DNA from: Octopus vulgaris
Lineage: Eukaryota
Length of the DNA stretch: 64,000 bases
Assembly (NCBI GenBank): GCA_951406725.2
Contig: OX597832.1
Location: 20,956,001-21,020,000 of the forward strand
Direction: 5' to 3'
Of this stretch, positions 1 to 13,665 are shown one piece after another. The notes beneath the pieces were generated by a model. It was given only the letters and a program-made list of their open reading frames with translations. It made no database searches and was not told the DNA's origin. Made by a program: the position numbers and the translations under genes. Within the stretch, counting starts at the first letter, position 1, and each line of letters opens with the position of its first letter.

Positions 1-143
1 TAACTGGTACTTATTTAATCGACCCCGAAAGGATGAAAGGCAAAGTCGATCCCGGCGGAATTTGAACTCAGAACATAGCGGCAGACGAAATACGGCTAAG
101 CATTTCGCCCGGCGTGCTAACGTTTCTGCCGGTTTCCCGCCTT
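1..143 (-). mobile_element. tRNA-derived SINE, family A (head and central domain; runs off the window edge)
   Basis: Reverse complement reads aaggcgg..ggcagaaacgttagcacgccgggcgaaatgcttagc..gagttcaaattcc (A/B-box-like), then gcctttcatcctttcggggtcgattaaataagtaccag. Close to the copies at 8366 and 46666. Confidence 0.85.
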
Positions 144-601
144 GGTTACCAGCCTAATATTATAGTCGATGATATCGACTAAGCTACCTATCCTCAAAAT
201 TTCTAGCCTTATGTTTAAATCGGTAACTCACAAATAATCATAAACAGAACCTGGTTGGTACGTACTTAAAGCAAATTCGGAAATACAGGAGGAAAACCAC
301 AGATATAAGAATGCTAAATCTACAGGTTCTGTGGCTCGAACGAATAAGGTTGAGGATTTAGTTGTAAGCTGTAACAGAAAACGAAAGTATTCTTTTATTC
401 ATTTATTCTTTTATATGTTTCAACTCTGAGTCCGTGGGCATGCTGGGGCACCGCGTGTGAGGTATATTTAATATAAATTATAGTGTTCAAAGTAGAACGA
501 ATCTTTATTTGTTATTTAAAGAATAATTGAATAAACCTAAAAGTAGAGCAGGACCTACTTAGGAAAATATTAATAGCGTATTGGCAAAAACAAACACATT
601 C

Positions 602-677
<76 letters not shown>

Positions 678-1238
678 ATAGTGTACATTTAAGCAGAAGA
701 GAAACTACCTTTAACATGTAGTTTTACATGCTAGAAGAAGCAGTCAAAACGACCGAAACCACATTTACGAGCAATTTCAAAGGGAATGAAAACTAAAAAC
801 TGTTACGCTATTGCAATTATATGCATGTATATATATATGTGAGTATGAATGTATGTGTATGTATGTATATATTATATTTAAAGCGCATAAGTGTATATAA
901 ATACATATAGACCTATGAGTGCGTCCGTTTGTGTATGCGTGCGACTTGAGACTATGGGTGTCCTAACGTTTTTGAAGATACATGATTTTTTTCTGATTTC
1001 GTTTGACGAGCACAGAATAAAACGAGGGTAAAATGAGATACACGTACAAAAACAAAAAAAAAAAACAAGCGAAAAAAACACAACCAAAGCAAATTATGTG
1101 TAGGTGGGGCGGATAAGACAATTTTAAAAAACGTACACGCAAATAGTCATCAGTGCTGATTTTGTTGCGTTTGGAAACATGTAAATACAAACCATAGAGA
1201 ATAGGCAACAGGAGCGGCAGGAAGTTACTTGTAGGCTC

Positions 1239-1313
<75 letters not shown>

Positions 1314-1345
1314 CACGCACACATATTTATATATACATACATTAT

Positions 1346-1379
<34 letters not shown>

Positions 1380-2457
1380 GTAGTATATATGTATAAATAT
1401 ACATATATGTATGCATATATATATATATATATATATATATGTATACATATATATATATATGTATACATGTATATATACATATATATGTATATATATACTA
1501 TACGTATATAAACATGTATATATATATGCATAATTATATACATATACATATATATGTATGTATATATGCATACACACACATATATATATAGATATATACG
1601 TATATTCATATATGTATATATGTATGTATAAATAGATTCATACACACTCACACATATATATATATGCATGTATAAGAGTATATGTATGTGTGTATGTATA
1701 TATATATATATGTGTGTGTGCGCCCGCGCGCGCGTGTGTGTTTCTGTGTGTGTTTGAGCCAAAGGAATACTAACAAGTCTAAAAGCTAATCAATGTCTGT
1801 TTTATCTCTCAATATACGTCCTGGCAATTGAATAGAACTTGGTATATAGAACACACTTTTTTTGCAGAGGTGCGAAGGTAGTCTCGAGGGTGGATGCTCC
1901 ATGCGTATCTGCAAATGCTTCTACTAATGTACAAACACGAATGCATGAAAATGGTATTTTATTCCACGAATTCATACATACGTGTGTTCGTTCGCCTGTA
2001 TGCATATGCGTATCTGTGAGTGATAGCGAACGTGCGTGAGTACGTGAGTGCGTGTAAGAACTGCATTATTTCATTGTAGCAGATTCTTTCTTTTATTTTT
2101 CTTCTTGTTTCTTTTGCTTAATATTTCGTTTGCTTCATTTGTCAGAGGGGAGAAGAATAAGTTTATTTCTTTCAAAATGATTTTTTTTTCTGCTTTTTTG
2201 GAGTTTATTTACTTTTATATATATATTTTTGTTTGTATTTGTAATTATTACTGTTGTAATTTTTATTAGTATCTAGTTTTCTTATTTTTTTGTTTTCTTA
2301 TTTTGTTGATATTCTTTGGACTCCATTTTATTCGGTGCTATTATTTTTGTTATTGTTATTATTATTACTATTATTATCGTTATTATCATGATGAACATCA
2401 TCACCTTCTTGATATATGTGTGTGTGTATAAGATTATATATAAGACTGTATATAGAA

Positions 2458-2494
<37 letters not shown>

Positions 2495-2688
2495 TATATT
2501 TATATATGTAAATATATCATTTATTTATATATATTTATATATATATATATATACATATATATTATATATGTATATATATATGTGTGTGTTTGTGTGTGTG
2601 TGTGCAAGGATATACATGTGTGTGTATACAAATATAAATTTATACATATATATGTGTGTCTATATATATATATATATGTATATATATG

Positions 2689-2795
<107 letters not shown>

Positions 2796-3991
2796 ATATA
2801 TATATATATGTACGATTGACTTTTACACCTCTTATGTGTTTAATATGTTTTTATTTTCATTTTTCTTTTATTGCGTTCTTGATTTTTTTTTTCATTTTTC
2901 GAGGGGAGGGGGCTTTTTTGTTTTTATGCGTGTGTCTGTTGTTGTTTCTTTTATGCGTTAACCAAGTTTCTTGGAAGATGGAGAAAGCGAAAAATCCTAA
3001 CTTTGAAAGGTTGAAAAAGTAGTGTGGGCATGTGCGTGTATGTTCGTATATATTTACGTATGTGTTTGTAAGGGGTTTTTTTTTAATGTGCGTCTGTATG
3101 AGTGTAAGTGTACGTGTGTGTGTGTGTGTATGCGTGTGTGTATGTGTGTGTGTGTGTGTATGTGTGTGCGTGTGTGTGCAGAAAAACAGTCAAACTTCTG
3201 GTTGGAAAAAGCTATATAATTAAGTTTTACCCAATTAATTTCCGTTAACTGATAACATCCATTCAAGCAACTCAGTTATGTACGAATGACGAATGAGGCG
3301 AGGTATCAGCGGCGGCGGCGGCGGCGGCGTCGATGGCAATGGAGGCAGTGAAGGTGGCGAAGATGGCGGCGGCGGCGATGGTGATAGTCTTGTAAGTGAA
3401 GGTGGTGGTGGTGGTGGTGGTGGGTGGAGGTGGTGGGTGGAGGTGGTGGGTGGAGGTAGATTCATCGCTGGGTCTGTTTGTGGTCGTGATTGTGGTTGTA
3501 GTTGAGGTGGTAATGATAAATGCAATGGTGTTGCCGATGGTGAGGTCGTCGCTGCTTGTTGTTAATGTCTTTTTTTGCTGCTGTTAACAATTTTATAGTT
3601 TTTTTTTGTTTCTGTTACTGCTGTTGCTGTTATTGTCATTGTTGTTGTTGTTGTTGTAATGAGAGTAATGGCAAGGAGGAGAGCTGCTACGAAACGATGA
3701 TATTAAAAACATGCCAAAAACTCTTAAGTTTGCCTAAAGGAAAGTTGATGAAAATTCGTTAGATGTTGTGCTTTATACAAAGATGAACACCAAACGGTGT
3801 TCTACAAACATTCAATATATTAAGAATAATATTAAAACCTGAAGTTAATCTCACCTGCTATAAAGATTTTTCTCTGCTCTATACGTTTTTGCACTTCCAT
3901 TTCGGCTCATACTGCTAATCTTCCATTTCGTAAAAAGTCACGCAAACGAAAACTTTCATTTGGCACTATCATCTCTACTTCTCTGGAGTTC

Positions 3992-4038
<47 letters not shown>

Positions 4039-4193
4039 ATATGTATATGTATATTTTTTTTTTGTCTTTTGTTTTGGGTTACCTTTTTCTTTCATTTTTG
4101 TCTTCAGAAAACTTGGGTTACAGGATGGAACTCGGGCAAATTCACACGCAGCAACACACGCAATCACAATTATACACGCACACACATACATCC

Positions 4194-4270
<77 letters not shown>

Positions 4271-4723
4271 CATATATGTATATGTTAATGCATATTTGTA
4301 TATATATATGTATATACACATATATGTATATATGCATGTATATATATGCTGGTACACGCACGCAGGCACAGCGACACGCAGTTACCGTTTCACTCGGGCG
4401 CTAAAATACACATATCTGACATAAGTTCAAATATGTTCTTTACAAAAAAAGATGGTAATCAACATTGGTGCAACTGTACTTGGCGCATACAGAAAAAACA
4501 CATATACCATTCAATATATATGAATATCAGATACATTCATTAACCTACTTATTCATACAAATGGGTGTATGCGTGTATTCTTCTACTTGTATCCATTATT
4601 GGTCAGTGGCCATAATTTTAAGAGTCTTATTCTATTATTATTTATGCAGGTCAATAATAAAGTAAAATATTTGTTAGAGGAAGCAAAAATGTACGCATTA
4701 AACTTCACACAGCAAGCAGTCTC

Positions 4724-4802
<79 letters not shown>

Positions 4803-4941
4803 GTATGTGTGTGTGTGTGTGTTTATGTATGTATGTATGCATGTATATATATATATATATATAAATATGTATGTATATGTATATATATATATATGTATAT
4901 ATATATGTATTTATATATATGATATGTCTCGGTATAGATGC

Positions 4942-4975
<34 letters not shown>

Positions 4976-5678
4976 GTATATATATACGTCTATGTATACA
5001 TGATAATTCTGTATGCGTTTGCGTGAGTATTTATATGTATGTATGTATATACATTTGCATGTACATATATAGAGTAGGAGATAGATAGATAAATAGATAG
5101 ATAGATAGGGAGACAGACTGACAATACAAGACTACTGCCTTCAACAAATCCACAACGGCTTCTCCTCTCCTCGTAAGCCGTTTTTTCAATGCGTTCAAAT
5201 TAAGTTTTCCATCGTCTAGGCTTAAAAGCCCTTATCGTTTGTTTTTACTGTCTTCTCCTTTTCCTGTCTTTTACTATTTTTATTGGTATTGCTTTTACTG
5301 TCTCATTTTGTTTTTACTGTCCTGTTCTTTTCAACATTTTTCTCCCTCCGCAAAAAATCTTAAATTTTATTCAATTTGCTTTGCGGGAAGGACTGTTTCA
5401 ATGAAGTCGTGTCTTGCCCTTACCTTCGAAACACGGAGTAGTCGAAGCTGGGGCAGCTGATGAAGGGGAATGTTCCTTGTGTTTTATGTCTTGTACTCTG
5501 TTTTTTCGTTGTTTGAAAAAAAAGTTCGTTCCCATGATTTTGTTTTTATGTTTTCGTTTCTCGTTGTGTTCTACGTTTTTGTTTGTGTGTCATGTACCCA
5601 TATATGCATGTATATATACATATAGATGCAGGTATGTACATATATGTATGTATGCATATGTTTTATTTATCAATTTGT

Positions 5679-5718
<40 letters not shown>

Positions 5719-5918
5719 TTGTATTTTATGTTTTGTGAATTTACGGAAATAAATCCCATAAAACTCAACAATTTAGTTTAAAATGTAGAAGAGAGTATTA
5801 TTTTGATATTCGAAAATTTAGGCCTGTAAACTACCAGCAAAATATGAAGAATCAATATTAGAAATCTTTTGGGGATACCTAAAAATTAAAGGACTAATCT
5901 AAATTCAACCGTTTTACA

Positions 5919-5972
<54 letters not shown>

Positions 5973-7133
5973 ATAAATGTGCATACACTTTAATTTTTAT
6001 ATTTTTAGTAGACATTACGAAACAAATAATCAGGTGTGGAACTAAATATACGCATGGTCCAGAGCACAATGTTATAGGAGTATAGAGAGGTAAGATAAAA
6101 ATGATTCTAAATTCATGGTCACCAAAATTGATATATTTACCACACTTTAAATATTTCTTGGAAATTATCCTATGTCCAGATTCTGCAAATTCTCTGGATA
6201 TATATTGAAAATATATATGTTCGTACAGACCTATCCAAAATTCTCTGTGGCGCAGAGATAAACTTCACCACACAATTTGTCCTCACGTGACCTTGATTTG
6301 GTTGTGTGTGTGTTTTTTCCTAAAGACCATGATGTGGGAAGCAGGGGAGATGGAAAACAAAAAATATTCAAATGCCAGTAAGCGGAGGAGCCTCGTAAAA
6401 ATGTTGTACTGTGGGGAGTATATGGTTGGTTAAACGTCAATCGAAGATGACGTTGTTTAACCAATAAATTTTAACAAAATACAATACCGAAAGCAAATAT
6501 ATTCCTAGTAATAATATTAGGAATTGAAAATCCTCCACAAGAACAAAAAAAAATTCGGAAATGGAAAAGTGGAAAAATAGATAAGAAAAAGGTGTTGATA
6601 ATGGTGATGATGAGGAGGAGGATGATGAGGAGGATGTTGATGATGATGGATGGAGGGAGAGGAGGAAGAAGAGAATGAATGTTACAAGAAGGACGAGCGG
6701 GAGTAGAAAAAGAAGTATCAGTGGTGGTGGTGGTAGTGGTGGTGGTGGTGGTGGTGGTGGTGGTGGTGGTGGTGGTGGTAGTGGTGGTGGTGGTGGTAGT
6801 GGTGGTGGTGTAGTGGGTGCGGCGGCGGCGGTAGTAGTAGAAGTAGTAGTAGTAAGAAGAAGAAGAAGAAAGAAGAAGAAAGGAGAAGAAGAAGAAGAAG
6901 AAAAGAAGAAGAAGAAGAAGAAGAAGAAGAAGAAGAAGAAGAAGAAGGAGGAATTACGGCATGAAAGAGAGAGAATGGCAAAATTACAAGAGAATGTAAC
7001 GATGAATATGAAATTCTTCATTTTTCTTGTGGTACCATTTATTTTTCATTTTATTTTATTTTATTTTGTTTAATTTTTGCTTCAAAGCAACATAAAAAAA
7101 TACTTCCCAAATGAGGCAAAAAAATTTGCGTTA

Positions 7134-7172
<39 letters not shown>

Positions 7173-7277
7173 CTTGTGTGTATACATACATATCTATTTA
7201 CCCATACACGCGCAAACAAACACTCGTACACACATACACATATACACATACACACATACACACACACGTATATATAC

Positions 7278-7357
<80 letters not shown>

Positions 7358-7743
7358 AGTGCACGATAATAAAATAAAAGAAAAACGTTTTCATCATGCG
7401 TTTTTTATAAGAAATTTATGAAGGAAATTTTTCTTTTGGTTTCATTTTCCTCAAAATATTTTTTTTTTCCTCTCCCACAATTTCCAAGAAAATATTTAAC
7501 ATAAAAAAAAAAAATTACCGAATCATTATTTGCTTTGTCATTGAGAAAAGCGACAGTCTAAATTTCGGTTTATTTAACATCTAGAATTAATAGCTCTATA
7601 TTGACATCTCAGATTCTTGGACTGACGTTGAGAAGACATCTTAGGAGAGTATTTGAATAATTTATTTATTGTTTCGTGTTTTTGTGTGTGTTTGTTTTGT
7701 TTTCTATGCTTCTTTGCCTTTTAATTTCACTGTGGACCGTAGT

Positions 7744-7802
<59 letters not shown>

Positions 7803-7827
7803 CATACATATATATACACATATATAT

Positions 7828-7879
<52 letters not shown>

Positions 7880-8222
7880 TTATATTATATTATATCATAT
7901 CATATATTGAATTATATATATATATTTATATATGTATAACATTCTTATTATTATTATTGTACTATATATTATCTTATTTTATGTGTATTACATATTATAT
8001 TTATATATAACTATATATATTATAATTTACAATATTATATACATTATATGTATGTATGCCTGTATACATGAATGTATGTATGTATGAATTTAATATATAT
8101 GTGTGAAAATATATGGTGTATTTGTATCTTGCGTTTTAATAAACACTGACAGTATTGTCTCGATGTTAATTTAAATATAACTTTACATCAATCATGTATT
8201 GTGTAAATATATTGTTAATATA

Positions 8223-8304
<82 letters not shown>

Positions 8305-8365
8305 TGTTTTTATTATTATTATTATTGTTATTATCATTATTATTGTTATTATTATTATTATTACA

Positions 8366-8915
8366 AAGGCGGCGATCTGGTAGAACCGTGACCATACCGT
8401 GCGAAATTCTTAGCGGTATTTCGTCTGCCGCAACGTTCTGAGTTCAAATTCCGCCGAGGTCCACTTTGCATTTCATCCTTTCGGGGTCGATTAAATAAGT
8501 ACCAGTTACGCACTGGCGTCGATATAATCGATTTCATCCGTTTGTCTGTCTTTGTTTGTCCCCTCTGTGTATAGCCCCTTGTGGGTAGTAAAGAAATAGG
8601 TATTTCGTCTGTCTTTATGTTCTGAGTTCAAATTCCGCCGAGGTCGACTTTGCCTTTCATCCTTTCGGGGTCGATAAATTAAGTTCAAGTTAGGCACTCG
8701 AGTCGATATAATCGACTTAATCCGTTTGTCTGTCCTTGTTTGTCTTCTCTGTGTTTAGCCCCTTGTGGGTAGTAAGGAAATAGGTATTTCGTCTGTTTTT
8801 ATGCTTGAGTTCGGGGTCAATGATAAATAAATGCTTGTTGAGCACTGTGGTCGCTGTAATCGGCTTAAATCCTCCCCTCAAATCTCACGCCTTTTTCCTA
8901 TAGAAGAAAGGATTA
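8366..8915 (+). mobile_element. Family A SINE, multimeric copy (one head, three body modules)
   Basis: Head aaggcggcgatctggtagaa follows a (TTA)n tract. The ~183-bp module starting ggtatttcgtctg occurs three times, joined at aa(a/g)gaaata|ggtatttcg; the third module is degraded. Confidence 0.85.
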
Positions 8916-8920
8916 CCATT

Positions 8921-9395
8921 AAAGTGCTGGCGCAATCGTTAGCACACCGGACTAAAAGCTTAGCGCCATTCTGTCTGTCTTTCCGTCAGATCCCTTGCCT
9001 AAATTAGAAACCTTTCTGTATTTCGTCTGCCTTTATACTCTGAGTTCAAATTTCGCCGAGGTCGATTTGGCCTTTCATCTTCTCCAAGTCAACAAAATAA
9101 GTAGCAGTTGAACCCTGGAGTCGATTATATCTATTAGCTCCCTCCCTTAAAATTTCGGACCTTGTGCAAATAGTAGCTACCATTTTTCATTTTACCCTGG
9201 CGATGAACTGGTAGAAGCAGCACGATGGACAAAATATTTAGCGGCGTTTCTTTAGACTCACCGAGCACAACTCTACCTTTTATAATCTCGGAGTGGATAA
9301 AAGAAAGTACCAGATGTTCGCTGGGACCGATGTAATCTACCTGCCCTCTCCCGGCGAAATTTCCAGTCTTGTACCTAAAGGAGAAAGGATTAGTA
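8921..9395 (+). mobile_element. Cluster of degraded family A SINE copies
   Basis: Recurrent motifs tcgttagcacaccgg, ctgagttcaaatttcgccgaggtcgattt, aagtaccag and ttgtacctaaaggagaaaggatta. Confidence 0.65.
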
Positions 9396-9510
9396 TTCTT
9401 TAATGGTAGTAGTATTTGCATATTATTTAAATTAATTACCATCAACAATATGTACATTATTTATATTATTTACATTTGACGGATATTTGTTCTCATCCTG
9501 CTTGTTGTTA

Positions 9511-9554
9511 ATACAACGTTTCGGCTGATATACCCTCCAGCCTTCATCAGGTGT
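9511..9554 (-). ncRNA. Minimal type I hammerhead ribozyme motif
   Basis: Reverse complement: acac CTGATGA a ggctg gagggtatat cagcc GAAA cg TT gtat. Core intact; stem II ggctg/cagcc; palindromic stem III region AACGTT; stem I acac/gtat with 1 mismatch. Confidence 0.75.
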
Positions 9555-9616
9555 CTTGGGGAAATTTCGAACCTGGGTTCTCATTCCTAAGGTAATTTTC
9601 TATGTTGTTGTTGTTA

Positions 9617-9684
<68 letters not shown>

Positions 9685-9687
<3 letters not shown>

Positions 9688-10419
9688 TAGTTTTATTTTT
9701 ATTTTTATAGCGTGCTTTCACTTCACTACCGAGCGCAGCTCTGTGTGCCTTGGGTATGTGCTGTGATTTGTTGTGATGCTCTGATGGTTATTGTATGGAA
9801 AGTGTTCTGCGTAGGATGTGTGCAGTGCCTAGTAGTGCAATTTTCTGTATGTTATATGTGTTTGTAAGTCCTGGTGTTTTTGTTATGTATTTGTCTGAAT
9901 ATTTTTTTATCATGCCTAATGCACCTACTATGATAGGAATTGTTTCTGTTTTCAGATTCCACATTCTAGTTACCTCTATTTCCAGGTCTTTGTATTTTGA
10001 GAGTTTCTCCATTTCTTTTAGAGACACGTTGTCATCTGCCGGTACTGATACATCAATTAGAAAGCATTTTTTTCTTCATGGTCTCTGACAACTATATCTG
10101 GTCTGTTGGCCTTAATTTCTCTATCTGTGTGTATCGGCATATCCCAGAGTATGGTTGCTTTCTCGTTTTCTGTGACCTTTTCTGGTGTGTGCCTATACCA
10201 TCTTTTTTCTGTTGTTATTCCATAATGTTGGCATAGCTTCCAATGTATGTAAGTTCCAACTCTGTCATGTCTGTGAATATATTCCTTCTTAGCCAGGACT
10301 GGGCAGCTAGAGATAATATGATTTATTGTTTCTTATCCATCTCCACATATTCTGCAGTTACTTGTAATATTTCTTTTCATTACATGTTTTTGGTAATTTC
10401 TGGTGGGGAGGCTTTGGTC
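9685..10419 (-). mobile_element. 5'-truncated R4/Dong-clade non-LTR retrotransposon (CCHC knuckle, restriction-like endonuclease, 3' UTR)
   Basis: Translates DQSLPTRNYQK..CRICGDG*ETINHIISSC..(frameshift)HRHDRVGTYIHWKLC..WDMPIHTDREIKANRPDIVV..LIDVSVP..EKLSKYKDL..IIVGALG. Flanked on both sides by (TAA)n. Confidence 0.9.
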
Positions 10420-11059
10420 TTATTATTATTATTATTATTATTATTCAGATCACTGCCTGGAATCTAACTCGAAATCCTGGGATTAGTAGCCCGCGCTCTT
10501 AACCACTCCACCATATGCCCGTGGATATATGTTGTAGTGGTAATGTAAATAATGTATATAATTCTTCATCTCTTAAATATAGAACTGTATTGTCTACAAT
10601 ATGTTCGAGCACTCTACTTTCCGCGATGTAACTTTCCTTCTGTTTCAAGATGGTTGCTTTCTTGGAATTTTTCTTTCTACTAAACCTTAAAATTTGATCC
10701 CTTGTCTGGAAGAAATGTCCGTCTGAGCCTCGAGAAAGAATTCTTTACGGTGTTCCTTCCACATTATTCCTTTCTGAATTTAAGTCCCGCTTAGATTAAC
10801 TTCCCACCTGTTGATACACTAAAGCACCTGTCAAATACTGCGATCGATATTATCGTCTAACATCTTCCTATAAATTGTTTCAATACTAGAAACAATTAAT
10901 ATATAAGGATAGCGCATTAGCAAATTCTTTAGAAATTTAGAAAACCTTTTACTCTTCATTCGTGGAGTGGCGTATAATTGGTAATTTCAAATGTTAATAA
11001 ACTTTACTTTATAATGGCTTCGTGTATTGCTTGAAGAAGTATTGCTTGAGTTGGTGTTT

Positions 11060-11410
11060 ATGAATGTATTTCATAAAAGAGGGATTTTATAAGTTTATTT
11101 CAGGATAGTCTTTTTTGCGGTTGGCATTTTAAATTGTTTTAGCAACAACATCGTGCCGCATAGGGAGGTAGTACCGTGACAACATTTTAGGACAGCTCAT
11201 AATCACATGCGCAATGTCTTCCACAGAAATATGACGTAGCCGACACATTCAATCGCACCTTGGGAATACAAGAGCATCACTGTCTCTCTTGTTCACCAGG
11301 TACTCTGTGGCAATTGCCTGTTCCTGGATTGCAAACGCATAGCCTTCCGGGCAACATACCCATGCATGGTCTTTTTTTTTTGTATGCTGTGTGCTTTCCA
11401 TCCAGGCCTT
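11060..11410 (-). mobile_element. Decayed restriction-like-endonuclease LINE fragment (R4/NeSL-like Zn-knuckle region)
   Basis: Translates EGYAFAIQEQAIATEYL..CD*MCRLRHISVEDIAHVIMSCPKMLSRYYLPMRHDVVAKTI*. Confidence 0.8.
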
Positions 11411-11436
11411 CTCCAAGGTAAGAGAGCCCATCTGAG

Positions 11437-11479
<43 letters not shown>

Positions 11480-12223
11480 TCATTTCAGATTAATTGCTGG
11501 AACATGCTTACGAAACTTTAAAAAGTTCCCTGTAACATTTTTTAGCTATCATTGATATTTGTCCTGTGTCCCTACTCTTTCTCTCATCCTCTCCCTTTCT
11601 CTCTCTCTTTGTTTCTCTCACTCTCTCTCTCTCTCTCTATTCCCTAATATCTCTCACTCTCTCTCTCTCTTTCTCTTCCTCTCTCTCTCTCTCTCTTTCA
11701 CTCACTCTCAATCTTCCTCCCTCGTATCTGTCCATTGGTCCCTCTTTATTTTTCCCCTCTCTCATCTTTATTTAAGATCCTGTCACCAGCTTTAAATAAT
11801 ATTCTTGTCTAACCCTTTCCCTACGTTCCTCTCTTTCAGCAACTGTTTCATTCTTTTCAGCAGTCTTTCACCCTCATTTTCACTTCATTATCATGGCTGT
11901 TTTCACTGTCGACTGCCTCCGATTTCCAGTTCTCCTTCTCACCAAAATCATCATCATAATTACCACCACCACAATCATCATCATCACCGTCACCATCTCT
12001 ACCATTGACACCACTATCATCGTCATCATCATTATCATAAATATCATCATCACCTTCAACATTACTATTATTATCACCACCATCTTCCTCATAATAATAA
12101 CAATAACAATAACAATAATAATAATAATTATTATTATTATTATTATTATCATTATTATTATTATTATGTTTATTATTATTATTATTATTGTTATTCTTAT
12201 CATTATTATTATTGTTATTATTA

Positions 12224-12265
<42 letters not shown>

Positions 12266-12482
12266 TAATGTTATCAAAATCATCTTCATGATCGTAATCA
12301 TTATACTCTCTGTTTTTCTATTGCTTTCCAGTATTTTGTTTTATGTTTTTTCTGGGTTATTTTTCGCTTGTTTTTTTTTCCTGTATGTTATAATTTTTGA
12401 AAATATTCTGTTTATTTTTATCGTTCCCACGTTCTCTATGCGTCTATCTGTCCATCACCCTACGTATCTCTATCTATGTATG

Positions 12483-12546
<64 letters not shown>

Positions 12547-12600
12547 CATCTCTATCTCTCCTCTCTGTCCCCGTCCTTTTATCCTTCTTTCCACCCTCTC

Positions 12601-12643
<43 letters not shown>

Positions 12644-13002
12644 CCTTTCTTTCTACTTCATTTTTATTTTACTTTGTATTTCTGAAGAATCTTGTCGTTC
12701 GCTACTGGACCTCATTCCCCTCCACCCACCCATCCCCAACTTTCCACCCTTTCCACCGCGTTCAACGATCAATTATTCCATTAAAATGTATTGTTAGACT
12801 GAAGAATTTTGCGACAATATGGCTTAATAGACGTCTTCTTGAAAATACTGCGACTTCTAGTGTTTTCACTTCCACTGCGACTCCACAACTTCCTGTCACT
12901 CTACGTGTATTGCAGACATATATTGTTCATGTTCTAATAGCAAGGGAAACAGACAATGCTGAGATCACGTGGGTTGTTGGCCTTGGCTGTTCCCTTTTTC
13001 GC

Positions 13003-13017
13003 TCACCAGGTGGCAGC
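13003..13017 (+). promoter_or_regulatory. Candidate CTCF-binding motif
   Basis: tcaccaggtggcagc differs from the consensus CCASYAGRKGGCRS only at the first base. It lies in a unique, locally GC-richer island. Confidence 0.35.
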
Positions 13018-13460
13018 CTGTGCGGCGCTTTATTTATTATGGTGCTATTTAGGATACTGGTAGTACGTACAGGTACATCGTCTTGCTAAAAGAAATGGCG
13101 GCAGTAGGCATTATTTAAACGGAAGAGTGTGGTGGATGCAAGGAAGGGAGGAAGAAGCTGAGAAGAAAAGCAAGGAAGAAAGAAAGAAGAAATAAATAAA
13201 AGGATGGACAGGGATAGTGAGAAAGAAGGTGAATGCATTGATATATTCAGGAGAATATAAAGAAAGAAAACGAAACGAAACGAAACGAAAATAAACTAAA
13301 TATGAATGAATGAACGAAAGATATTTATTAACAAGTACATACAAAAAAAGAAACGATGTCTTAACGTCTGGTTTGATAAACAGTTATATAAATTTTAACT
13401 GATATACAGAAGTACGTACGTAGATAAATACATACATATTACACACACAAATACACAGAC

Positions 13461-13506
<46 letters not shown>

Positions 13507-13618
13507 GTGAATATATATATGTATATATATACACGTATATGTATATACATAGGTAAATGCATATGTATATATATATGTATATACATATATGTATATGCAT
13601 ATAGGTATATATATATAT

Positions 13619-13665
<47 letters not shown>

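Larger units (their letters stand above)
9452..10590 (-). mobile_element. Composite tRNA-headed SINE-like element with a 3' hammerhead motif, interrupted by an R4/Dong LINE
   Basis: Minus-strand order: tRNA-like head at 10524-10445 (TGGTGGAGTGG A-box-like, GAGTTAGATTCC B-box-like), (AAT)n, LINE insert, (AAT)n, then a tail at 9600-9452 containing CTGATGA..GAAACGTT. A short inverted copy of the tail end (aatgtaaataatgta) lies at ~10542. Linkage of head and tail is inferred. Confidence 0.6.

Noticed and set aside
8415-8800. Regularly spaced repeats resembling a CRISPR array
   Set aside because: The whole ~183-bp unit repeats, there are no unique spacers or cas genes, and the context is eukaryotic SINE sequence.
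12397-13089. 230-aa ORF with a ~100-codon non-repetitive C-terminal part
   Set aside because: The N-terminal half is microsatellite and the rest has no recognisable domain or clear splice structure.
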